Origin: Chiloscyllium plagiosum
Taxonomy: Eukaryota
Direction of reading: 5' to 3'
Length of the DNA stretch: 64,000 nucleotides
Assembly: GCF_004010195.1 (NCBI RefSeq)
Contig: NC_057715.1
Span: forward strand, 21,344,034 to 21,408,033
The position numbers and the translations under genes are program-made. This document shows, piece by piece, positions 24,546 through 37,830 of the stretch (within the stretch, counting starts at the first letter, position 1; every line of letters begins with the position of its first letter). The notes beneath the pieces are model-generated. The model searched no databases. It had not been told where the DNA came from and was given only the letters and a program-made list of their open reading frames with translations.

Positions 24546-24769
24546 TTAGTATTTGCTTGTTATTTCATGCATAATTTGTTGATTATGATTCATGTTAAAC
24601 TAAAAGTTATAAAATATGGACATTTTTTAAAATTCTTCATTTTGGAAGCCATTCTGTAAATTGGTCATTTAGGTGTTCAGTTTTCCCTATGAGTTTGTAA
24701 TAACATGTCCTGGCTAACTCCATGAAATCCCAACCCAACACTTGCATCTCCACATCATGGCTTATATTA

Positions 24770-25245
24770 AAACAGATTAACTGTCCAACCTGTTAATGAG
24801 ATTCAGAACTAACTCTGTTTGGTGGGATATGTCATCTGCATGCCCAATACCAGACTCCTGAAACAACTGCTCTATACAGTCAGAGATCAGACAACTGCCT
24901 GGAGGAGAGAGCACCTCCTTTGAGAAGTCCTCAAAATGTCCATGGAGAGGTCAACCATGTGCATTGACTCATGGAAGACCCTAGATTGTAATTGACCAAA
25001 ATGGAGAAGGCTTACTCAGGAAGACACCAAACACATTGAAAGATTTTATCAGGGACATGCAGAATTGAAGTTAAGGCTATAATGAGAAAACACAAACAAC
25101 CCACCTAGTCAATCCTTCGAGCACAAATTGCCCCACATCTGACAGAATATGGCAATTGCACTTTGCACCAAACTTGCATTTCAGAACCCATCGAACTGAA
25201 GTAGAAGCATGTCATCTTTGATCCTTACAGACTGCCTCAGAAAAA
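24770..25245 (+). mobile_element. RTE-clade LINE 3' fragment
   Basis: VGYVICMPNTRLLKQLLY...PGGE...DSWKTL resembles the RTE WxGHVxRMPDxRLPKQLLY...DSWExLA motif. Confidence 0.7.
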
Positions 25246-26759
25246 AAGTTCAAAGCTTGTTTTTTTTTAATAAAGGCCTGCCTTCTGGGTGGCCAGATGT
25301 GACTTGTCTTTTTATCTATAGTATTTCCAATTATTGGGTTGTATAAAATTTGGCATGCCTAGAATTATAAATAACTGCTTAGGAGAAGATTCATGCTATA
25401 CTATTGATTATATGCACTGAGAGCCTTAGACAATTCTTGGCATTAGGAAGAGATCACATATTTTATTATCATAAAATGTGAATATCTGCTACAAACCTGA
25501 AAGCCAATTTTGTCACTTGCACGAAGTCTACATTTATCCATTAATCAGTAAATAATGTGACAGATTTGTGGAAGTCCAATTTTATACAAAATTGTGCAGA
25601 GTTTGTAGCTTCACTACTGTTCAATCACCTTTTCATTTATCCACAACTATCAGTTAAATTGCATAATGCAAATCTCCTGATTTGTCTTCACATATGCAGC
25701 TTAAAGTACTAAAGGACATCTGCTTTTTTAGCTTCTTCAAGTTAGTGTTCTCATCCCATAGACTCTAAGATTGAAAACTCATTCACCTTGTGAGATAAAC
25801 TGAAAAGAGCACAAACTCCTCTGCACAAAAATTATCGTCCACTCTGTACTGAAAGAGGTGAGTGTATTTTTTTCACTTCTTTTTACAGCCTCTAACTAAA
25901 TGGCCACTTTATTGATCTACATTGAGCAACTGAAGGTGGTTACTGGCAAGGTGATTGCCTGCTTTTCAAAGTTGGTCCATCAATACCCTATAAGTCTTAA
26001 AAATCTCTGAGCTTCTCAATTGCTGACCTACAAGAATCTTATTCCACAAAAACATGGAAACAAAGTTGAACTATTGGTATTTTATACCTTTTTGATTCAT
26101 GCAGCCTTATTAGACAGTGCCATAAAGTGTTGATAGCATACAACCTGCCAATTTGATGCAACAGAGGTTCACACTCTATATGAGACTCCACATACTCAAT
26201 TTCATTTAATCCTATACCCTATTACCTTCTATTCTTTTCTCTTTCTTGCAATTATTTAGTATCCCATTAAACATATTAATGTTATTTATCTCCTCTACTG
26301 GTAACATATTCTAGTTCATTTATTACAAGGAAACTATATTAAAAGTACTTCATATATACACATTTTGTGAACCAAATTGGGGGTGTCACACTAATTTTAC
26401 TTCAATATGACATATATATTCTTCTTCATTCTAACAACAGTCAGAACTGTCACTTGCAGAAAGTCAACATGTCCAAATTAACAGAGTCTAAAATTAATAT
26501 CAGTAGTCAATGTTTTAAATATTCAGTGAGAGTACATAGAAAATGCTTATTTTTAAGATCATAAAACAAAGCTAAGTTTGAACAATTCTCTGTAATCTGA
26601 AAAAACAAACAGCAGCAGTATTTTTCAGATTACAGAGAATTAGTTGAAATGCATCATCACTTGGCTGTCAAGGTATGAGAGCGCTCTCTGTAGTTCAACT
26701 TACATGACTTGGTTTCACACCAGTCGTATCACTGTAGCTGTAGCTTTCAAAAGCTAAAA

Positions 26760-26990
26760 GTTCTTTCATTCATATGACAGATTTCATAACCGTAGGATGC
26801 CCCAGATGTTTTATGACTATTGAAGTACTTTTGAAGTCTAGTCATCGTTGTAACATAGGAAAAGCAGTAGATATCTTGTTTGCAGGAAACTCCCAAAAAC
26901 AGCAATGTGATATTAACTAGACCATCTATTTTTAAGTGTTAACTGAGGGATAAATATTAGCCAAGGAACTGGGGAAAGAATTCTCTTCTG
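26760..26990 (-). mobile_element. Deu-domain SINE 3' part
   Basis: Reverse complement of the 13300-13545 region (tgaagtacttttgaagt...agcaatgtgata...gagggataaatatt). Confidence 0.7.
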
Positions 26991-27114
26991 CTCATTCCAT
27001 GAGTCTTTTTTGCCCAATTATTTTCAGTTCAGGTCTCCAGAGATGGCTCTGGAACCACAATCTGCTCGCTGAGAAGCAATAGTGCTTCCAGCTGAGCCAT
27101 GACCAATGCACAAT

Positions 27115-28370
27115 GATTTACTGGGTTCCTTTATATTTGAAGTATTGTGCGCAGTTTTGGGCCTCATATCTCAGGAAGAATGCCTTGGCCCTGGAGCGTG
27201 TTCAAAGGAGATTCATGAAAATGGTCCCAGGAATGGAAAGCTTAACTTATAAGGAATGTTTGAGGACTCTGGGTTTATACTCGATGGAGTTTAGAAGGAA
27301 TGAGAGAGGGATCTAATTGAAACATAGAGAACACTGAATGGCCTGGACAGAGTGGATGCTGGGAAGATTTTTTTCATTGGTAGGAAAGAGTGGGGGGGAT
27401 CCCCTTGATCCAAGGGAATCAAGGGTTACACGGAGAAAGTGGGAGAATGGGGTTGAGAAACATAAAAGCCAGGATTGAACAGTAGAGCAGACTCAATGGG
27501 CTGAATGGCCTAATTTCTGCTCCTATGTCTTATCGTCTTTACATTGCAATACTGCTTGCACTGCAATACAACCCGACAGTAATGCAAATAAATGCAAGTT
27601 ATCCACTTTGGCAGCAAAAACAGAAGGTACATTATTATCCGAGTGGCGATAGATTGGGAAAGGGGGCCATGCAAAAGACCTTGGTGTCTTGTACAAAATT
27701 CAGTGAGATAAGCATGCAGGTGCAGCAAGCAGTGAAGAAGGCAAATGGCTTTCAAAGTCAGATTCTAGTATAAAAGCAAGTATGTCTTGCTGCAATTATA
27801 CAGTATCTTGGAGAGACCACACCTGGAGTATTGTGTGCACTTCTGATTTCATCCGGTGAGGAAAGATTATTGTTGCTACAGAGAGAGTGGAAAAAAGATT
27901 TACCAGACTGATGATTTGGATGGCAGGACTGTCGTATGGAGAGAGACTGAATTGGTTAGGATTATATTCACTGGAATGTCGAAGAATGCAGGGGTTCTCA
28001 TAGAAATCTCTAACATTCTAACGGGACTACAAAGGACAAACATAGGAAGAATGTTCTTGATGACTGGGGAATCCAAAACCAGGGGTCACAGTTCACAGAT
28101 ATTGGTAACATCTTTTAGGTATGACTGAAAGCAGGAGAGGTTTCTTCACCTAGAGTGTGGTGAAGTGTGGAATTTTCTGCTACAGAAAGCAGTTAAGATC
28201 AATCATTGAATATTTTCAAGAATTAATTTTTAGAGCTGAAGGGATCAAAGGGCATGGTGATAAAGCATGAACAGAGTACAGAGTTGGCTGATGAGTTATG
28301 ATTATAATTATTGGCAGAGCTGGTTCAAGGGCCAAATGGCCTACTCTTGCTTCTAATTTCTTTGTTTCCA
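27115..28370 (+). mobile_element. Two adjacent CR1 LINE 3' fragments (27115-27535 and 27570-28370)
   Basis: LKYCAQFWASYLRKNALALERVQRRFMKMVPG; MQVQQAVKKANG, RPHLEYCVHF, KTRGHS. Each ends in the aatggccta..tgctcct CR1 tail. Confidence 0.85.
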
Positions 28371-29744
28371 TGTCAGCAAAGTGTTTACTGTCTTGTTGGC
28401 AGCAGCACTCATGTAACAGTGTGACAGCACAGAGGATATCAATACACAGTGACAGATAAACTGAGGAAAATGTGCCACTTTTAGTTGGCTGTTATCAACT
28501 CTTATTAGAACGAAAGATACCAGTACATTTTACTTCAATTATCTGAACTGCCACACAATGAAAGACATCGTTCACTCACATCAGCTGTTGGAGGAAAACA
28601 TACTCGCTGGCGCCATTCATGTGTGAAACACACCCCTTATACAGTTTGTAATTGTCTGGCCAAAAACAAACTGCGGCTTTCTGAGAGATAAAACATTTAA
28701 TTAGTCTCTTCAGCTTCAATACTTTATTTTAAAATCACCTGCCCTTATCTTTTAGTGACAGTTGCTTGTTAGGTACCAATGCCATTTTAACACAACAGTT
28801 AAACCATCCACACACGTTATCGTTTCATGTTGGAAAGCAGGCCGTAAACACATTCTGTTCCTTTGCTAGCATAAACACCTGCAAGGCTATTTGGCACATT
28901 AGGGTCTTAAACTCAGGCCCTTTTGCAAAATTAAGCAGTAAAGGATAGAATTTTGGAGTCTAGTCTTTATACACTTAAAGGCACACAATATATCACACAC
29001 CTCTAATCAATTGGCTCTCTTGTAGTCTACTCTCTCACATCAAAACATTTATTAAATCAATTCATTATGATACGTCTCCAGGATAGGACTGCTATGCCAC
29101 AAGAACGCCTTATGTTCCCATATATAACTGAGCACGGGTCATTTCCCAATTAATGCCCACCACCTGAATACAACTAACACCTATTTAATCCATTGAACAA
29201 ATCTGTAAACCCTTCTGTTGCAGTTGTAATGCCCCTTCTTCTTAGCCTGCAGGCCTGGGTTTAAGTCCCAACTGCTCCAGAGATATAAATAACATCTCTG
29301 ATCAGGTGCTTTAGAAAATACCTGCACAAACCTATACCATATCTAGTTTGTAGCTGAGACTATTGTCTCCATTAGGTTTCCTATGTATTGATCTTACTGA
29401 GCTATAGTCAAAGAACTTGTCACTTCATAAACCAATAAAAGAAAAATATGACAGAGCCATATTGTACCGTTGGAAGGCCAAATGGGCTGGCTTTTAGTCA
29501 TTAATTCCATTATACAAAATGAAAGGTCAGATGTGGCATAATAAGGATGGGTTTAAGTATTTTACGTTGGTCAATGATAAATTGGAGCAACTGTCTCAAC
29601 TTGATTGGTGTACGTGGAGTCATTGAATATCTTTGACTGGAAGCCTGTTGATGGGTTTCACATCCACTTATGTGGAGACTGGCATGCCTTCACTCGCTTG
29701 ATACTGTGATGAGTCTCTTACTAATTATTGATGCCATCACTAAA

Positions 29745-30240
29745 ACTTTCTATCACCGCCTGTGTAACATCACTTGACTTTGCCCCTGTTTTAGTTCATC
29801 TGCTGCTGAAATCCTCAATGTGCTTTCATTGCTTCTGAACTCCCCTACTGCAAAGTGCTCAGGATTGGTGTCCCATATTCTCCCCTCCATAAACTTAGAG
29901 GTTACCTAAATCTGTTGCTTGTGTCTTAACGTGCAGCAAGTCCAGTTTTTCTACCTCCTACGGAGTCACTGAATTCCACAAGGTCTCATTGAGAAACACC
30001 TTGACTATGCTTTTTGTTGCTAAAGCTGCATGCTTACGAATATTCTTCCAAAACCTCTCAATCTGTCTACAACATATTTCTCCTCTAAGACACTTATTAA
30101 AATCCATCTCTTTGAGACAAATATTTGATTATCTCAACTAATACCTCCTTTCCTTTCCCAGTGCCACCACCTTTCATAAAATTCCTTTTAAGTTCCTTCA
30201 GATTCTTTTCACATTAAAGGAAATATCAAAATATAAATTG
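29745..30240 (+). mobile_element. L2 LINE 3' fragment
   Basis: FYHRLCNIT*LCPCFSSSAAEIL resembles the L2 FYHLRNIARLRP...AAETL motif. Confidence 0.65.
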
Positions 30241-30289
30241 TGTTTGTGAACCAGACCTTGCAGATAGTGTGGATTGGAGGCAATAAGGA

Positions 30290-31100
30290 TATTTTGACTG
30301 CATCACAGAACACCTACATTCTGTCTGCAAAAAGAGACCCTGAGTTTCCTGTTGCTTGCCACTTCAACACACCATCTTATTCTCTGGCCAACATCTCTAT
30401 CTCAGGCTTGCTGGAGTGCTCCAGTAAAGCTCAGCACAAGCTGGAAGAACAGCACCTCATTTTCCACTTTGGGACACTACAGCCTTCTGGACTCAACATT
30501 GAGTTCAACAACTTTAGGGCTTGAGCTCTCCTGTGTCCTTCCCCAGCTCCCACACACCAAGCCTTATCACATCATCTGCTATTGTCCAACAGGTGTATTT
30601 GGAAGTGCAGGCTTTCGGAATGTTGCTCCTTCATCAGGTAGCTAGTGGAGTAGGACACAGAAATCATAGCAAAAGTTCATAGTGTCATATACTGAAGCGA
30701 TATATTGAACAAACTTTGTCCACTCCCCTGTCCAACACTGGCACCTTCAAATCATCTGTTAGTGCACACAACCCATTGTTAGCCACGGACAGTCTCCATT
30801 AACAACTATTCACGCTCTCAGCTTGATTATTATCCACTCCTTTTTCTATCCAACTGTTCTTCTCTCTCTTTGGGCTCTATCTCTGCCTATCCTTTACTTC
30901 TTACCCCCTGACCCCACTCTACCTTCTGCATAAAACCCGACATTTTCCTCACTACTTTAGTTCTGAGAAAGTGTCACTGGACCTGAAACCTTAACTCTGA
31001 TTTCTCTCCAAAGATGCTGGCAGACCTGCTGAGCTTTTCCATCAATTTCTGGGTTTTTTTTGTTCCTGATTTCCAGCATCTGCAGTTCTTTCGGTTTTTA
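30290..31100 (+). mobile_element. Penelope-like element 3' part (GIY-YIG C-terminus, 3' UTR, terminus)
   Basis: DPEFPVACHFNTPS...LEEQHLIFHFGTLQPSGLNIEFNNFR*, followed by decayed hammerhead ctgagaaagtgtcactggacctgaaacc and ccagcatctgcag tail. Confidence 0.85.
30585..30750. mobile_element. Short Penelope-like insertion (CTGATGA-AGGAGC family) nested in another PLE
   Basis: Minus-strand CCTGATGA-aggagcaacattcc-GAAAGC at ~30610-30640. 14-bp TSD atcatctg(c/t)ta(t/g)tg at 30571-30584 / 30751-30764. Confidence 0.7.
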
Positions 31101-31598
31101 CTCAGGATATTTTAATAACTGCCCTCCAATGCATATACAGTTCGCCAGATTTAAAAATAAAATCTTAATGTGGGGTGGAGCGGGGAGGGAAAAGGGGGAG
31201 CAATTGGCTCAGTGCTATTTTCACCAGATTTGAGCGCCAGGATTCTGATCGGTGCATCTGCGGTCAATGCGTGTGTAATTTAGAAATAAAGGCAAATTTG
31301 TGGTCATTAAACATCTTTTGTTCAGAATGTTTTAATGAACAATATTCACCAATAATGCAAACAATACATTTGATGGCAAAAATTAGAACTGTTGTACATT
31401 GTGCATTGAGATAGAGCTATTTAAACGGAGGAACGTCGTATGTATAGCTTTTGTATAAACTTTCTTTTCGCAAATTGGTGTCAGGTTATTAAACCCAGCA
31501 ATTTTACACCGCGGCAATCGGCAATGAAGTGATTGCAATGTCATTGCGGAGAATATAGAAGGATTAGTTTCAGTTCTGGACAGGATTCATCTGTTACA

Positions 31599-31633
31599 GT
31601 GTGTGTGTGTGTGTGTGTGTGTGGGGGGGGGGG
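31599..31633. repeat. (GT)n microsatellite followed by G-run
   Basis: gtgtgt x ~12, then ~10 G. Confidence 0.95.
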
Positions 31634-31884
31634 CAACTTTTAAATCAAGCATGGATAAATGTGTGGAGGACTCACCGAATCGAACAGCTGGAATGCATGT
31701 CGGAACCAAGGACTATGATAGCTACATAACAAAGAAATTATTTATAGGAAAAGTCATCGATTTGCTGTTAATCGCTGACCTTTTCAAAGTTCAGAAACCA
31801 TCATTTGACTGCAAGCCACACAATCAAATCTTTACGATCAAGTTTGCAGGAATAGCTCAAACCAGAGCTGGTCATAAAAGGATA

Positions 31885-32012
31885 AAAGCAAACTACTGCG
31901 GATGCTGGAATCTGAAACCAAAAGAGAAAATGCTGGAAAATCTCAGCAGGTCTGGTAGCATCTGCAGGGAGAGAAAAGAGCTGACGTTTCGAGTCTAACT
32001 GACCCTTTGTCA
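31885..32012 (-). mobile_element. Penelope-like terminus, single arm
   Basis: ctgcggatgctggaatctgaaacc...cagcaggtctggtagcatctgc...gacgtttcgagtctaactgaccc. Confidence 0.75.
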
Positions 32013-35000
32013 AAGCTAAAAAAAAGGGTCATGAAAGGGCTCCTCTCTCTCTCTCTGTCTTTGCGTCACAAACTTACTGTGTCTGGCCAGGACAGAGCAG
32101 CTGAAAGGTCCAAATTGTGACCTCACACAACTCGTACCACTCAGACACACTAGACGGTTGTAGTCTGTTGTATGTTACAGACAATAACACACCAGCTCTC
32201 GGAAATTAGCAAAACACTGAAATTATTCGGTCAGAATGTGCGTAAAGTCTATTATTATCAGTTATTTAAATCTCCAAATTCTGGAATTGACTAAATACCC
32301 GACTAAAAATATATATTTGAGATGGCGATGTAAAAATCCCACGATTCGTGGCTAATAATTGCTGCCTTTTATTTTGGGTTTTTTTGACCGCAGTGATGCT
32401 ACTCTGAGCATATTACCTCCAGAGACAACTACACCGAGGAACTCATTATTGTAACAGTGTGAGAATTAATTTATGGAGTGAACAGTTCAGCAAACGTCAT
32501 TTCTTTAAATGCACCGTGATTCAAGTCGGCTGGAAGACTGAATATTTATAAGTAATCCCATTTTGGAAATGCTTAACCCCGGCTGTGGAAATCATGTAGT
32601 TCAATGGTATGAAGTAAGTAGCTCATTGTGTTTAATAAAAAAGAAACTGACGTGAATGTTATCCCGCTGGGGAAGGGGGTGAAATAAAATTTGTTAGTTT
32701 AAATATGGATTTTGAGTTCTGTCTATTTAACGTTAATTTGCTGTACAGCAGCTACAGGGAAGCTGTAGGCGAGTGTTACGTGGGTTTGACTGCCACAGGG
32801 AAAGTGAAAGGGCAGCAGGTCCCAGTTTTCTACTAACGATTGCATAATTGACTGAATTAGCCAAAGATCTCTTCTTTCAAAATGCCATTGCCTACTGCTG
32901 GTCGCTGACGCCACTGTAGTATGTTTCTCTGCACATGGAAACACCAGCCTGAAAAGTAAGCCAGGTTTCTTAACCTCACCAAGGCCGTTTCCATCGGAGA
33001 TGAGTTTTACTAATACTTTAATCTTACAGAAACGGTTTTCGGTCTCTGCTGCAATAGGAGGAGATGATTCTTGCAAGCTTATCTTGGCTGTTTTTTAGAA
33101 GTAGCATTTAAAAAAAACTGTTTGGCTAAAATAAGTTGTGCTGATATTATCTTAAAGGGCATCGATACTCTGCAGCACATTAGCAAGGTATTTCTTTAAG
33201 ATTTGCACGCTTGCGGTCTTTAAAGAAGCCACTCTGTTTAAGGCAGAAGCGGCTATTTATGGCGAACTGCCTTCATTCTTTGTAGGTCTACTCCCACCTT
33301 GTCACGTTCTGGAATGGTTTTCATGATTCTTAGCATCCGATTCTCCACCCTAACTAATAAGTAACAAATAATAAGTACCTTTCACCTTGCTTATCGGAAC
33401 AAAACAAATGCAGACTGATTTTGCAAACGCGAAATTCAGACTGATTTTGCAAATATGCATGTTCCGAAACTGAACTGCTCACATTTGAATCAGGAACCTT
33501 GTCAACAGAATCCTCCTCAAGTGATCTAAATCTGTCCAGGAAATGATGTAGACAAATTGCCTTTCATATCATATAATTTATGCTCTAGTCATGAAACAAT
33601 ACATCTCCCTCCTACCAGTAAGATTTGGCACCCATCACATCAGCCAAAACTACATACCAGACTCTGGGAAAGGAAGAAAAACCAGGATGTAATCTCTTCC
33701 TAGTCTTACACATCCTAAACCCATGCCACCCCCTCCTCCCCAACCTATTAAACTCGAATAATCCATCAATACAGACACTATCCAGCATTTTAATTATTTT
33801 AATGACTTCTATCAGATTAACACTTAGCCTACACTACTCTAAAGTGAATAGACCAAGATTCTTAAGCTGGCCTGAGTTGGTTCTTTAATCCAGTAATTAT
33901 TCTTAGAGCTCCCTTCTGGATTCTTTCCAAGATCACTATATAACCTATCTTGAGAAGGGTGGAAAACAAGATATATCACTCTGGATGTGGCATGATCATC
34001 AAATTATTTGATTCAAAGTAAAGTTATTGATTTACACCAGGGGATTTTATTAAATCTGCTGAAAGAAGAGACATGCTTTCAAACTTATTCACCTTGCATT
34101 CACCAAAATAAATGCAAGAATGCCAAATTTCAAATAGAGCAACAATTTATATTTGAATTAGCGGGAGCAATAGTTTCCCGGTGCACTCTCCAAGGCAACA
34201 CCTTGACCAGACCAAACAGAGAGGATTTGCTAACCAATCATCACCAGTCTCTCATGCATATATATATTTGCTCACTTTGAAACCTGGCAAAAGACTTTAG
34301 CAATATCTTTTTTTTTTGACAACACTCGGTCTGCACTCCTAAGCAAAACAATTCACTATGTTAATCTCTCTAAATACAGTTTCACTGCAGCGGCAAAGAG
34401 TCTTCAGTGATCTGAACATAACAGAAATTGTTCCCTCTGAACCTCTTTCAGTATGTACAATGAGCCACTTAGAGTTGGGGAGGCGAGGAGAGAAAATATT
34501 CAAGGGAATCAATGAGGTACTTATTGAGAACCTCCTTGTGTTAAACTACAAGGGGGGTAAGGCAACAGAATTACAGTTAGAAAACGACTAACAAAATTTA
34601 ATATAAGAATAAATTACTTTAGATTTATCAGTTGTTATATTGTGAAAGAGACTGCCACCTAGTGCAGCAAAAGTAGACAGAAATATTTGGGAAAGCAGAA
34701 AACTTTCAGATAGTGAAAAATTTGGTACTTAAATGGTGTGACAGCAAAGTAAATATTCTGTAGTTCTTTATAATGGATTGAGAGGGGTCTCAAATAGATA
34801 TTCTGCATAATATGTGCCAGTTCCATACGCTTACTTTTGATTTCACTGTCATGATACTCACCAACTGTGAGGCAACTGGACAGACAAAACAAGCCTTCTT
34901 TAATATCCAGCAATTACATGACACTATCCATTTTAGAAGTGTTGAGTGGAGTCCCAAAAGGGAATCAGATGGTAGATATGTGCCCTCATATTCCCTGTGA

Positions 35001-35879
35001 AAAGCTTTATCAGTTTTATTTATATTACTTCGGTCTTTTTGGAAGTCATCCAGAACTCACATCTGAACCTTGTATTTGACCCACTGCATACGCAAATCCC
35101 AGGCTTATGACTTGTTTCAGGCCCTTTGTGAATCTGGACTATGAGTGCACCAAGCATAGTGAATTTGGTTTTGTCAAGTACCAAACAGCCCAGAAGCACC
35201 TCTCAGCTCTGCATGAATCCATTCCTTCCCAAACTCCTCCCACCTCACTGTCTCTACTCGGTTCCGTACGCAAGCTGCACTAGTGTCCTCAAACAGATGC
35301 TGGTGTAATGGGGCATTAATGATCCCATTAGTTGTGTGCAGAGTTGTCTGGATTTGGGATACATCCTAATCTGACTATGTTCCAAACCCTAACATGTTAT
35401 GAGAAATTAGGAACCTGAGCTTTTTTTTCAGTGAATTATGGAATTCATCTAACTTGGAGAACACAGTTGCTGAGTAGTCAATGTGACCAATGACATCACC
35501 TTGATTTGTTTCTGACATTCTTCAATGTTCTTTCAATTTTATCCACTCATCTGATACTTTTTCTTTTACCCTAAATTTCTCCTTCAACTGTTATTAGGAC
35601 AAGACTGATGGGTCTTCATTGGTTATCTTTCTCTCTTCAACAGTACATAGCAATTCATTTGATTCCCAAACATTTGTTCTTGATTTAATCCACGGATTTG
35701 ATTTTTTTGCTAATCTAGCTGAGTCAAAGTGTCTTTTGTCATAAACACATTTCGACGGATGTTATCCTCCTCTTTCTGAAGAGTCCAATTCTCGCCTCCA
35801 CACAGCACAACTTTCCATTGATAACAAAATGATATACTCCTTTCTGAAAGAGAAAGATGTAAGTAAACTTGATCACTTC

Positions 35880-36260
35880 AAACATAGGAACAGAGAGAGG
35901 CATTCAGTTCCTTAAGCATCCTATACCAATCAATGAGATTATGGCTAATCTATGACTTAACTCCATACAACGATATTTATGCAGTATCTTTTAATTCATT
36001 TGGATGATAAATATCTGTTAATTTCAGTTGTTAAATTTACAACTGACTCCGTGTCAATTTATGATTTCAGAAGATAGTCCCATCCCTCTATTGACTATTA
36101 TGTAAAGATGTATTTCCAGACTTCACTCCTGAAAGGGTTCGCTGTATGTTTTAAACAATGTTCCCCTGAGTCGCAGATTCCCCAACCAATGAAAAGTTTC
36201 TTTCTGATCTATTTCCTTTAACACCTTTGACACTTTGATAAAATCATCACATAAGCTTCT
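35880..36260 (-). mobile_element. Degenerate CR1 3' end
   Basis: acataggaaca...ggcattcag...gattatggctaatct is the reverse complement of the CR1 tail. Confidence 0.5.
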
Positions 36261-37629
36261 AATGTAACCCCAGTATTCGTGCAATTTACCCTTTGGGATA
36301 GAGTTGTCCCTTTTCTAGAGAGATGAGTCACAATCTAATCAGATTTTTTTTCTAAAAGCAATAACCTCTTGGTTTTGTTATCTTGCTTGCAAATCTTGTT
36401 TGCATTTTCTTCAGTACCTCTAGATCCTTGCAGAGATGTGGATGTGAAAACCGTGCACGGTATCAGTTTAACCACAGTGGTTATTAGGGCAGCTTGGTCT
36501 GCAAACTATACATACGTGAATTACAATTACATTTCCTCTACTTAATATATTCAGCACTAGGCATCCTATTTATTTTTATTCGATTCAAATTTGCATCCAC
36601 ATAGAAGATAGGTCAGCGTGCTAACCCATTGCACCCTTCATTCTTCCATTAAACAGATTGACTTAAAATTGTTAGAGTGCATTATGTGTGTTTCAAAAAG
36701 CAAAGCAGGGCCAAAAGCTGTTATGTTAATTCGAAGAGGTGTTAGTTCTGACCGAAGCTCTTGAATTTTGAAGACCAGATATTACTTTCTGTTGTTACCT
36801 AAATTATCTTAGCCTGGGAAATGTCCTTATCCACTAATGTACAAATTTGTTGTACTAACTCCCCTGGCAAAAATGATTTGCTGCATACAAATAACACCTT
36901 AGGCCTAACCAGGGGGTAAATCTGTCACTCTAACGTCATTTACATAGCCTGGCAGACAGGATTGTCACACCAAGAAGCATTTCTGAAAATCTCAGCAAGG
37001 TCTGGGAAGATATCCAAGTTCTCGGTCCCTGAATCTGAATTTGAGTCTTGTATTAGCTCAGGTGGCTTTTAACCACTAATTCCACTGGCAACACCTCCAA
37101 GGCAGCAAACGATATCACAAAAACACAATTTAGTACAAATTCTCCTGCATTTGCCTTTCAAATTTAAAACCGTTTTCAATTTCAAATGTCTGATAAAATC
37201 TCAAAATCACAAACTTGATATGTTTAGCCTTCCCACATTTTGATTTCTGTCAGTATTTGAGAATAATTAGCACAGGATTTTGAAGGAAAAAGCCAGTTTC
37301 CAGTAATATCCTCATCACTCTGTCACTCTGATTGCAACTATCACTATAGGTGGCAGAACCTGTCTCGCTGGGAGAAACAAGCACTTTGTGAATAGGCACG
37401 GGCTGCAAATGAAATCACCTCAAGCAGGAAGCGTTACTGTAATACATTGTTAGATACCTAACCTGATTTTTATTTAAAAACAGAGAAAGAAAGAAAAAGG
37501 AGAGTATGCAGACATGATTAACTGATTAATTAGTAAATTAACTATCCAACATCAGCCAGATAGACCAAAACTTTCATAGTTGGCTGCCATGAACTTTTTT
37601 ATTAATGAAAGAGCTGCTTGAGTGGAAAA

Positions 37630-37830
37630 AGGGTTGGTTAGCTCAGCTGGTTGGACAGCAGGTACGAGATGCAAATGATGCCAACAGTGCAGGTTCAGTT
37701 CCTGTCCAGACTGAGACCACCTTGAAGGTCCCATCTTTTCAACCTTGGCTGTGGCATGGTGCCACAGGTTGAACTACTGGTTGTCTCTCTGTAATCTAGA
37801 GAGCAGCCCTTGGGAACTCTGCTGACTTTG
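37630..37830 (+). mobile_element. tRNA-derived SINE
   Basis: A-box ttagctcagctggt, B-box-like ggttcagttcc. Related fragment at ~62955-63060. Confidence 0.6.
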
